A DNA stretch of 64,000 nucleotides from Paraspadella gotoi. Lineage: Eukaryota; Animalia; Chaetognatha. Below are positions 26,079 through 37,515 of the stretch, piece by piece. The stretch lies in assembly GCA_051294375.1 (NCBI GenBank), contig CM119265.1, forward strand, positions 13,818,124 to 13,882,123, given 5' to 3'. Numbering within the stretch: the stretch's first letter is position 1; each line of letters begins with the position of its first letter. The translations under genes were made by a program, and so were the position numbers. Below the pieces are notes generated by a model, which saw only the letters and a list, made by a program, of their open reading frames with translations, ran no database searches and had not been told where the DNA came from.

Positions 26079-27556
26079 TCTCTCTCTCTCTCTCTCCCTC
26101 GTTTGTCTCCAATTATGTCTTTAACAATTATATATTAAAAACGGATGCTTAACAAATTCTGAATCAATTGCTTACATTCGGCGATGCCCTCAACCTCTCA
26201 ATGCCCGGAAGGCTACCTGCCATTGCCATGCCCATTGCCATACTTGCAGAAACGTGAATCCACTCGGTTCGATGTCAATCTGCGAAGCACAATAAAAAGA
26301 AATCCCATTCCATTCTGAGAGATTGCGTCGCAGCTGTGAAGACGACGACGACGACTAAAAACGATACAAGCGTCAGTACAGCGTACACTCTGGCTCATTT
26401 AATATAACCCTAACGATACATATAGAGTTAAACAGCCTGAGTAAGAACAACCCTGATTGCGCTTATTGATCAATAATAGTATAATTCACATTCATTCTGC
26501 AATTCCGACAACGAATCCGACGGCGACGAAAATGACGACGACGACATATTTGGTCACCTCTCCGCGACGGTCGGCTGCGCACGGCTTGAGCTATGGGGTC
26601 AGAAATTGGGTCAAACCCCGTGATGGGTGAAATCGGCGAAGCGAGAGGGACTTGTAAGAATTTCCGGTCAAAGGTCGAAACCGTAAACCACTGAACGAGC
26701 TCCGAGTTGTTTACTGTGCGCGTGCGACGTCAGCTCGCGGAAACATTGATATAAATCGTGAAAAATGTTAATGAAAAAAAAAAACTTTCATTGTCTTTTA
26801 TTTTAGAAATGAATTAGTTATCGTTGCGTTTATTTGTTTCCACCGAATTTTAGAACGACTTTCAGCATCATGTTGGAAAATAGCCATGCCAACTCACTTT
26901 TTCTGCCCGTCTGCTCGGCTGTCCGTCTGCCCGTCACTCTGTCTGCCCATCTTCCTGCTTTCTCCAAGCACTCGGCCTCCCAAACCAATATTAAGACAGA
27001 CCTTTCTTTTGAATCTGTTGGGCTAAAAATAAAAAGGCGATGTACGATCAACCTTCGTTTAGCAACATGAACGTTGAACGAGTACAATTTTCCTTTCTTC
27101 AAATCAAAACTCGTCGATGCTTTCTTTCTTGTTTACTCTCTCGAGAAAGAATGGGTTTCTATCTTTAGTAAACGGGGTCGTAACCTCTGGTAAAAGCGTA
27201 ACTCGTTTACGAAAAAAAGGTGAGGCGAGGTGATGTGAGGTGCTTTCACTTTTTTTCTTTTTCTTTTTTAAGCTCGGAGTCATCACCTTAAAGACGTTTG
27301 CAATAGACTCTAGCTCGCTTTTTTTTTCTCTCTTAACATAGTTTGTTTTAATCGTCATTGTTTTGGTTTTTTTATACATTTATCTTTCTAATCTATATCT
27401 ATGATTCTTTATTTGTAATATTTCTCTCATTTTCTCTCTGGGACCTGGTACACGATTTATTTTCTTTTAGCCTCAATCCAAATATTTTTTTTTCCTTGTT
27501 CCATCATTATTTTTTCTTTTTCTTTTTCTTCGAAAAACAAAAGGGCGATCGAAACC
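24404..27556 (+). repeat. Second copy of the ~3.2-kb direct duplication (likely assembly redundancy)
   Basis: Bounded by N-gaps on both sides; differs from copy 1 mostly by 1-bp indels. Confidence 0.93.
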
Positions 27557-28310
27557 NNNNNNNNNNNNNNNNNNNNNNNNNNNNNNNNNNNNNNNNNNNN
27601 NNNNNNNNNNNNNNNNNNNNNNNNNNNNNNNNNNNNNNNNNNNNNNNNNNNNNNNNNNNNNNNNNNNNNNNNNNNNNNNNNNNNNNNNNNNNNNNNNNNN
27701 NNNNNNNNNNNNNNNNNNNNNNNNNNNNNNNNNNNNNNNNNNNNNNNNNNNNNNNNNNNNNNNNNNNNNNNNNNNNNNNNNNNNNNNNNNNNNNNNNNNN
27801 NNNNNNNNNNNNNNNNNNNNNNNNNNNNNNNNNNNNNNNNNNNNNNNNNNNNNNNNNNNNNNNNNNNNNNNNNNNNNNNNNNNNNNNNNNNNNNNNNNNN
27901 NNNNNNNNNNNNNNNNNNNNNNNNNNNNNNNNNNNNNNNNNNNNNNNNNNNNNNNNNNNNNNNNNNNNNNNNNNNNNNNNNNNNNNNNNNNNNNNNNNNN
28001 NNNNNNNNNNNNNNNNNNNNNNNNNNNNNNNNNNNNNNNNNNNNNNNNNNNNNNNNNNNNNNNNNNNNNNNNNNNNNNNNNNNNNNNNNNNNNNNNNNNN
28101 NNNNNNNNNNNNNNNNNNNNNNNNNNNNNNNNNNNNNNNNNNNNNNNNNNNNNNNNNNNNNNNNNNNNNNNNNNNNNNNNNNNNNNNNNNNNNNNNNNNN
28201 NNNNNNNNNNNNNNNNNNNNNNNNNNNNNNNNNNNNNNNNNNNNNNNNNNNNNNNNNNNNNNNNNNNNNNNNNNNNNNNNNNNNNNNNNNNNNNNNNNNN
28301 NNNNNNNNNN
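27557..28310. other. Assembly gap
   Basis: N-run. Other gaps are at about 2753, 24379, 25544, 29178, 29324, 31102, 32442, 37845, 38532, 41780, 44428, 46181, 58340 and 59338. Confidence 1.
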
Positions 28311-29143
28311 GAGATGAAAGAAAAATAATAACAAAAGATAAAGAAAACGAAAAAGAGACTCAAAAACTAGGAAAGGGGAAAAAAATTTCATTGGATTTAA
28401 AAAAAAAAAGTGCGAAAGTGACAAAAATGAGATTTGCGAAGATTTATAAACTGCGTGGGATCCCATTTTGGGGGAATGAGCTTCCAGCTTAGAAATGGAA
28501 AAGAGGCGGAATGGTTTATTAGTCCCTCGCTGCTCTTTTTTGCTTCGCCGCTTTTAAAATTCTATACTCAACGTTTAAAATTGGCAAATCTTTTGAAGCA
28601 TTTTTAGGAACATCTTTTCGTGTATTAGGATGATACTAAAATATTAAAATATTTGGTTCATTTAATTTTCTTCTTCATATTTCCCATGTCATATTTAGTT
28701 CTTACTTCTCATTCTCTTGTTTACATAATTTTTAATAAGGTTTTATCTCTGTTAATTTTTTTGCTCTCACTATTTCTCTCGTTCTGTTTTTTTAGCGCTC
28801 CACTTCCGAACTTAATTTATTTTTTAAAACATCATATTTAAACGTCTTTCACGTCCGCGCCCTACAATAGTTATCATTTTTCTGCTCTCAACTCCTAATA
28901 AATTCCCCAACCCGTCACAACCACGGAATATAATATTCCTGCTTTTAATTCAAATCTTTCACCTTCTTTCCTCAATTCTTTGTTTTTCCTCATCCTTTCT
29001 TCCTCGATCTTTCCTTTCTTCCTTTCCTCCCTCCTTTCTTTTCCTCCCTTCCTCCCTTTTCCCCGGGAGTCGTGTTGGCCGGCGACGCCGAGGCGTCTGG
29101 CGCCAACTTGTCTGCGCCGGACCACGTGATTGATGGTCATCAT

Positions 29144-29177
<34 letters not shown>

Positions 29178-29243
29178 NNNNNNNNNNNNNNNNNNNNNNN
29201 NNNNNNNNNNNNNNNNNNNGAAAACGTCCTCGACTGGAAGAGG

Positions 29244-29485
29244 ACGACGACGACGACGAAGGATAACGACAATCCCTACGTCGGCGACCGGGGACGCTGC
29301 GAGACGCCGACGGTTCGGACGATNNNNNNNNNNNNNNNNNNNNNNNNNNNNNNNNNNNNNNNNNNNNNNNNNNNNNNNNNNNNNNNNNNNNNNNNNNNNN
29401 ACGACGACGACGACGACGACGAAGGATAACGACAATCCCTACGTCCGCGACCGGGGACGCTGCGAGACGCCGACGGTTCGGACGA
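29244..29485 (+). repeat. Two copies of a ~80-bp GC-rich unit (gacgacgaaggataacgacaatccctacgtc...ggttcggacgat) either side of a gap
   Basis: About 29244-29323 and 29406-29485 are near-identical; either a tandem repeat or a contig overlap. Confidence 0.8.
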
Positions 29486-29969
29486 TAATGACAGCCATTA
29501 GTTTGCGTTTATGATTATTTAAATGATAATTTCGATCGCGCTAAATGTTGGAGTCGACGACGAAGACAAAGTGATGACCTAAATGACGAGGACGGTGACG
29601 ATGACAACGGCGAAAGTGACGACGATCGCGAGGTATCGATTTCACTCACGGAGAGATTGATTTCAATCCGTCTCCTTGCCCTTCCGTCCATTTTCATTTG
29701 TATCATCATTTTTTTAAAAGTAAAGTAGCAAAAATTTAGGTTTTCGCGAAGGAAAAAAAAAATGTAAAGAAATCGATTTTGAATGCAAAGCAGAATGACG
29801 AAGTTCACTTAAAAGTTCAAATGTTCCGACGATTTGCAATTTTAAAAACTACTTTGCAAAGGATTTGCATAATGAATTCACTTCCCCCTCTGCATTTTTT
29901 TTTTTTACCAGAGTTTAGCTTTCCCTCTGGCATCGGTATGCGTTTCTTCTTTTTTGTTATCCGTTCCGA

Positions 29970-30021
<52 letters not shown>

Positions 30022-30395
30022 TTCTCTCTCCGAAATAGAGTTTTACGACGATTGTTTCCCTTACTTGAACACTCGACCTCGTTCGGTGATTGGTCCGCTA
30101 ACATCCGATCCCTCATAGAACAGCTGATTGGCCGAATGACCAGGCAAAGTTTTCTTATCTCCCGTCTGATTCTAGCAACGTCCGTTTCAAAAATTCTAAA
30201 CGAATCCGAGAATTTCTTCAAGACAATCACGATTCTTTCGTATCAAGATCAAGGTGTCCCTTTTCTGCAATCTCGGCCTTCTTGATGAGAGGTCAAAGTA
30301 CTCATCTTTTGAACAGGATATGATTTGGATTTTATGCGTTATTATATGTAAATTAGATTTTTGATACGACAATGAAGGTCACGAGACCTTTATCC

Positions 30396-30436
<41 letters not shown>

Positions 30437-33400
30437 TCTCTCTCTGCCATCCATCACAGTCAATTCGGACTCCGTCGATTTACCAAACAAGAAATGAAAA
30501 AGTTAATTGCTTATTTCCTCTCGGCGAAAGTGGAGACGGGTCACACAAAGCCAGCTGGACTCGGCCGAGGGAGATATGCTGCCGCCTGCCGATGATTGAC
30601 CCAACAGAGAGAGAGAGAGAGAGATGGAGTTATATACGGCACCTTTGAAAAAGAATCAGCAAAATACATAAATATATAAAATACAAAATACTATACATAA
30701 CACAACAATTTCAAGTTTAATCTTTTCTTTTATAAATGAGTGAGTTTAACTTTAAGATATAGTCAGAGCAGAAGTAGGAGCAGAAGCGTCATTAAAAGCA
30801 AAACCAATGTTGCTTCAGAAATAAGGTACAATTTTTAAGGGCAATGATTTATTTTTTTTATTTTTTTTATACTTCTAATTAATTATTAAAAGCCAAAAAC
30901 AACTACAACAACAAACGTTCCTCGATATAGCGATTTATTAGCTTTTAAGTTGTAACGATATATCAGTTTCAAATACTCAATTTAAAAATACATAGTCGCG
31001 TAGAATCTGTTTATCGTTCTCTTGGATGAGCCTTGAAATCATGCTTGTAATGTTGTGTTTATCAGATTCCTGCTTCTGTCCTCTTCCTCCTTTTTCTCCT
31101 CNNNNNNNNNNNNNNNNNNNNNNNNNNNNNNNNNNNNNNNNNNNNNNNNNNNNNNNNNNNNNNNNNNNNNNNNNNNNNNNNNNNNNNNNNNNNNNNNNNN
31201 NNNNNNNNNNNNNNNNNNNNNNNNNNNNNNNNNNNNNNNNNNNNNNNNNNNNNNNNNNNNNNNNNNNNNNNNNNNNNNNNNNNNNNNNNNNNNNNNNNNN
31301 NNNNNNNNNNNNNNNNNNNNNNNNNNNTAACTTAGTCTTTACGATTGCAATCACTAATTGCGCCAATCCGAATCGGTGACTCTTCGATCCATTTTTTAAT
31401 ATAGTTTTTTTAAACGAATTTTTAACTCTACCATCGATCGTTTTACTTCACATTCATTCGAGACGATTATCAGCCAATTTCCGTCTTTGTCGCTCTGACC
31501 GAAAATAAAAACAAAAGGCGTCAACGACGACATCTCTCGGTTCCTTTTTTTCATTCTAATTAGTGGTTTTCCTCACATCTGCGACTCGAGGGAGAAAAAA
31601 AAAGGGAAAAAAATAACAAATAAGGAAATCGAAAGCGAGAAAAAAAAGGGGGGGGGGAAATGGAGATTCGATTCATATTGAATTCTTTCCTCTTCGTTTC
31701 ACCCTTTTTTTTCTTTTTAAATCTCCTTTTCTATTTCTCTCTTTCTTTTCTATATCCATTCTTTTTCTGTTTATTTTTCTCTTTTCGTGTTTTTTTTCCT
31801 TTTTCGGGCTTTTTTTATTTATTCTCTTCTTTCTTTTCTTTCCTTCTTTTTTTTTTATTGCTCGTTCCTTTCTCCTTTTTTCTCCCCGATTCGCTCTTTC
31901 GCCAAATTCTTTTCGATTTTTTTTCCCCCGTCGCTTCGGTTCCAATCCGCCACCTTTTTAACCCACCCTCCAGACTTCGTATTTCTAATCGTTTCCCACC
32001 TTTTTAACCCTCCCTTCATACCTCTATCCTTTCTTCATGTCCTTTACCACTTTCCTAGTCTCCCATATATGATACCTAGACCTACTTTTAAAATTTTCCC
32101 CATTTTTTTACCCCAATACCCCTCTGCTCTTAACTTACCTTCGCCTCCCACGTTTTTTTACCTCACCATCTCTGCACTCTCCCTTTTATCATGTTTTCTT
32201 TCTTTCCTCTGTTTCTTTATTCCTTTTCTTTCCTCCACTTTCTCTTCTCCTCACGAACCATATCAGTTTCCTTTTTTATCTCTTTCGATTTTCTTTTTTT
32301 TTTTCTCCTCCCAGATCTTTTTTTTTCTTCCCTTTTTTTTCTTGCCATTTCTGTATGTTTGCTTTCTCTCTAGCTTTTTCTTTTGCTCTTTCTCGCTTTT
32401 GCAGAAGGATTATTTTGCGTATTTCAAAAAAAGGAAAACGANNNNNNNNNNNNNNNNNNNNNNNNNNNNNNNNNNNNNNNNNNNNNNNNNNNNNNNNNNN
32501 NNNNNNNNNNNNNNNNNNNNNNNNNNNNNNNNNNNNNNNNNNNNNNNNNNNNNNNNNNNNNNNNNNNNNNNNNNNNNNNNNNNNNNNNNNNNNNNNNNNN
32601 NNNNNNNNNNNNNNNNNNNNNNNNNNTTCTATCCGCCCCAAGTCGCTCGTCGGGTCTTGTTTGGTTATTTTCTCCCATTTCGCAAATAAATTCCGTCCTT
32701 TCACTTTTTCTGGATGGTTGAGCGATTTTCAAAAACCAATTGTGTCGTTCCAGCCCGATGTTTACCTTTTTTTTCTCTCTTCTTCTTTTGTTGTGACCTT
32801 TTTTTATACTGAGTGACTTTTAGTTTTTCGTTTTCTTCTTCTTTTCTTCTTATGTTCACCAACTTTCATTCACTTCTGGTTTTTTGTTTTGTTTTGTTTC
32901 TCTCACTCTCTATCCCCCTTCTATCTCTCTCTCTCCCTCCGTCGGTAGTTGCATGCCCAGGCACGTTTTTTCATTTGCGCGCAAATCTCCAACTGCCTTT
33001 CTAGCGTTACGCCATTGGCAACGCTGATATCTTTATCTTTTTATACTTTTTGACTTCCGACCGTTTCCATGGCGACCAGGAAAAAGAGATTTCGCTCAAA
33101 TAAACTCGCTTGGTGAAAAATATTCGGTTTTTCGAATCGTCGATTTTTGTTTTGCGGTTGGGTTTTTACCTCGCGTTCAGTATTGTGGTACCCTTTGCTT
33201 TCGTCGTCATCATCGTCATCATCATCAGCATCATCATCATCATCAGCATCCTCCTCTTCGGCAATGAAGACGAAATGAAGCGAAGAAAAAGTTGTTCGTC
33301 TTTTCTCTTTGTTTTGGTAAAAAAAAAAAGGAAAAAAATCAGGTAAAGGAATTTTCTCGGCGATGATCTTTTAGTCTTTACCAGAAAAGTTTTCTCTTTT

Positions 33401-33485
33401 TTCTTGGTCGATTTTGTTTGTAGTTCGCTGAGTGTGTTGTGTGTTTCGCATGTGTATTCCTGGGAGTGGAGAGGGGAGAGAGGAG

Positions 33486-33547
<62 letters not shown>

Positions 33548-34397
33548 TAAATTTCGCACCTATAAGAACAAGGAAAAGAGACGTGAATTTGAGCGAGATT
33601 TGACGGAATCCATCGATCAGCGGCGAGAGGAAGACGCGCATGCCAGACTTCCCCCCATTTTCCCCCTTCCCCACCTACCCCCCACCCCCCATTCCTCCCT
33701 CTCTCCCTTTCTTTTTGCAAGAAAAGAAAAAACTCAAATTTCTTATGAACAAGTTTGAGCAAACAATGTCGGATCTGCTACGATAATTAATTAATTAATT
33801 TAATTAATTAATTAATTAATAGATTACATAATTAATTCTAAATTAATAGATTAATTATAATTTATATTCAAGCTTGTCATCATCGATGTCCTTAAAATTG
33901 AGTCAGGACAGTTATTAAATGTTTTTGTTTACATTTTATCAAAACAAAACAAAAATCCTCTATTATCGAGCAGCGGGCAAAGCCCGTTCTGGTCTAGATT
34001 TTTTTCGAGCTTTAGCTTCGCGTCCGCTTTTTGCATATGGCTTTGAAAGTGGTGATATCCATAGGGAGTTTGAAATTTTCATATATATGTGCTTTTCTAA
34101 TCAATATCAAGATTTTAAAAAAGTCTCATGTTTTCATAATTAATATTGGTATTTGTTTATGTTTATTTACAAACAAAAACGTTTTAATTATAATTCGCTC
34201 TCCTTCTCTCTTTTTCTCCGTCACGGCTTCTTCTAAAAAATGAGTTCCGGCTCTGCAGCGTCTGTCCAGTTTTTCGCTTCTTTCTCTCTCTCTCTTCTCT
34301 CTTCTCTCTTCTCTCTTCCTCTCTCCTCTCCTCTCTCTCTCTTCTCTTTTTTTTACAAAATTTTTTAGATATATGTGGGTTACTAATGGTAAAACGA

Positions 34398-34456
34398 TGC
34401 GCGAACAGGGGCGAACCGGGTCTTGTGGGTGAGAGAATACCACGCTACTTGGGCGC
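34398..34456 (-). pseudogene. Degenerate tRNA-like sequence (tRNA-Gly-like pseudogene or SINE head)
   Basis: Minus strand reads gcgcccaagtagcgtggtattctctcacccacaagacccggttcgcccctgttcgcgca, with an A-box-like tagcgtggta, a B-box-like gacccggttcg and GCGC...GCGC-A ends. At 59 nt it is too short and decayed to be a functional tRNA. Confidence 0.3.
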
Positions 34457-35317
34457 ATAAGTACTGCTGATTCTTTAACGAGTAAAAGGGGCTGTAGAGC
34501 TCTCTCCTCTTCTCTCTCTTTTAAATTATATATATCGCTCTTTCTCTTTACTCTTTTTCTCGCTGCACGGCTGTCCTCATCTCTTCTCTCTTTTTCTCTC
34601 TCTCTCTGTTCTCTGTCTCTCTCTGTGTGTCTGTCCCTACTGTCCGATCTTTTCGCGTGATCGTTTGTTTTTTGAAAAAAGTTCTGATTATTTTTTTTCC
34701 TTCTAAAAACTTTTTAATTAATTGCATTATTCCGGCGCTTTTTTTCCTAAAAAATCCATATTTTCATCCGAGATTTCGGGATTTATGTCTCTTTCTTTCT
34801 CTCATCTCTTCTCTCTTCTTTCTCTCTCTCTCTCTCTCTCTCGCTCTCTTCTTTCACTCATCAACGCATTTGTTTCGTTATTACTATCATCGATATCATG
34901 AATGACTATCAATAAGAAGTGAAATTGACTATCATCGCATCAATAATGATTTATTCATGAATCAATAATCATTTCTATTACATCAATAAATTATAATTAC
35001 ATAATCATTAGTATTACTCAATCAATTACTAAGTGACAATCACATTCGTCTATCGCATGATTTCATATCGTTTTTTTTTTCCCGGTTTTTTTTCCATTAA
35101 TTTTTCTATGATAGTGGGCTATGGTCGATCTTGAAGTCTTTTAAGATTTTCTTTATATTTTTTATGCTCCTTCTCTCTCTTTCTCCTCACTCTCTCTCTT
35201 TCTCTCTCACTCTCTCTTCTCTCTCTCTTCCTCTCTCTCGTCTCTCAAAAATTTCATTCTCAATCTATCATGGGCTTTAAATAAATAAAAAGATTCAAGT
35301 AAATGGTGAACTCAATA

Positions 35318-36172
35318 TTTTTCATTTAAACTCATTTCACTGGTACGTTTCACTTGAAACTTATTCAAAGCTTCGCATACGTTTTCCTACAACACAAAGA
35401 TTCAAGCTCAATCTATCATCCAATTATATTATTGGAGTATTTATTGGTAAAATAAGTAAAATAAGATATTTAGTAAATTGACTTATGTTTTTTTTCCAAA
35501 TTTAAACTAATTTCCACTGCACGACCAATTCCATCGAAAATTTTATATCCACTTATCACACACTTTCCTACCCACACACAAATTTAAATTCCAATCCAAC
35601 CAGCCCATCACGAGTTATTGGAGCTTTTTGCTAAGAGGGGGGCGGATGGATCGGTTGATTTGACAATTAATTAATTATATTATTTATTATACTAATTGAT
35701 TAATTAACTGATTAATTTTTTGATTTATTTAATACATCTGCAGATACATTTATATAAGAAAAAGAAGCTATCACTTAGCTAAAACAGGTTTTTGTTTTTT
35801 TCCATTTAAACCATTTCCCACCAAACTTTCATCGAAACTTGAATTTCGTTTATACACACATTTCCTACCACATACAAAATTCCAGTCCAATCAGCCATCC
35901 ACTCATGAGCAATTGATGTCAAATAGTGAATATATTTTTTTTGTTTTTTCCATTTTAACTCATTTCACTCGACGATCATCGAAATTAATATCCAGCTCAA
36001 TCACACACTTACCTATCCACACACAAATTCATTTAAATCCATCATCCAAGTCACGAGTAATTGGTGTTTTTTTGCTAAGGTGGGACGGACGGACGAGGAC
36101 AGGACAGAGGACGGACGAGGAACGGACGGAACGGACAGACAGACGGACGGAACCGGGACTCATTTTTTTTGC
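35318..36172 (+). mobile_element. DINE-1/HINE-like relic with 3-4 diverged ~130-160-bp core repeats followed by a (GGAC/AGAC)n tract
   Basis: The motif tttaaactcatttcac...cacacactt(t)cctac..cacacaaatt...aatcca...cacgagt(t/a)attgg recurs at about 35325, 35500, 35805 and 35953. It ends in ggacggacgga...cagacagacggacgg at 36082-36150. Confidence 0.5.
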
Positions 36173-37483
36173 ATAATTTATCATAATTTCGATGTTCTGA
36201 CATGATATAAGTTGTGTGCCCGACAATATGAGGGGGCGGACGACGACGAAAAAGTGAGTTTATAAAAGTGAGTTTATATGAGTCGGGATCTGCTGATAAG
36301 CAAGATCCGACTAAAATTAGAATGAGGAAAAAAAATTATTTTCGGGAAAATGAATTTATCGTTGGTAACTTCCTTTCTTTTCGAATTCGTCTCACCCGTC
36401 GTTACCTTATTATAATACGCAAGTTGGACCAAAGAAACATATTGATTATCATTGTAATTTGAAACATGTAATCCAATGAAGATCGGGTCGGGTACGAAAC
36501 ACACATGGCATCGTTTAAAATCGGGCGAGTGACGCTGAAATTTTCATTTCATATCACGCGTCCCTAGGACTAGGGATGGGTTCCTGATTTTGTAACTATA
36601 AGGTCAAAACCAAATCTTCGTCTCTGACCAAAAAAAAAAATAATAAATTCGCGACGGGATCTTCAGTTCAGTAGTTCAGTCATTCAGTTCAGCAGTTCTT
36701 CAGGTTCAGCTTAAAAAAGCAACAAGCACTGGGTTTTCTTCAAGGCTCGAAAGTCACACCAAAGCTTAATTTCCGGCTAAAAAAAATTCAACAACCGGAA
36801 TCTTCATTTCGGTCTTTCAAAAAAAAAAAAAAAAAAAATTCTCAGCTTCTGGTGCCAAATTTCCGGTTCGCGTATTTCGCGTAGAAAGAAAAGAAAAGTG
36901 GAAGGATCCCGCGCAGGATTTTTAATCAAGGACGCGATTCCACACACGCGCTTTCAGTGCGTCGGAGCCGTTAATGCGTCCGCGAGGCCGAACTGTCTTT
37001 CTGTTCGCTTACTGACTTCAGTTGAACTGCTCTTTTTTTAAAAAAAAACTTTCTTTGTCGAGTAACGTGAAAAACAACTCGATAAATAACGTTGGAAGTA
37101 GAAGCAATTATAATGACGACGACGACAACGACGACGTCGTCGCCATCGAGAGAGTTTCACACCGACAGGAAACTAACGAAAGCCGACGCCAAAACGAGAA
37201 TTGTCATCTTGGAAAACGCGACGAGGTGTCAAAGACGTCACTCAAGTCATATGACGGTGACGCGAAGAAGAAAGTCGAGTCGCGCATGCGCGAGACAATC
37301 GGGTCTCAGCGACACGCGTGGGTCTAAGAATCAACTCTCGCGGTCTGCGTGCGCGGAAAAAATTGTCAGCTCTTTGTGACGCGTGCGCGAGGAAGATCCA
37401 ATTTGGAGAATGCGCGCGAGCGAGGGGAAAGGCGATATCATCGCTTCGTTCAGCTCGAAGGAAAATGGAGTGGCCGACGCCGC

Positions 37484-37515
<32 letters not shown>

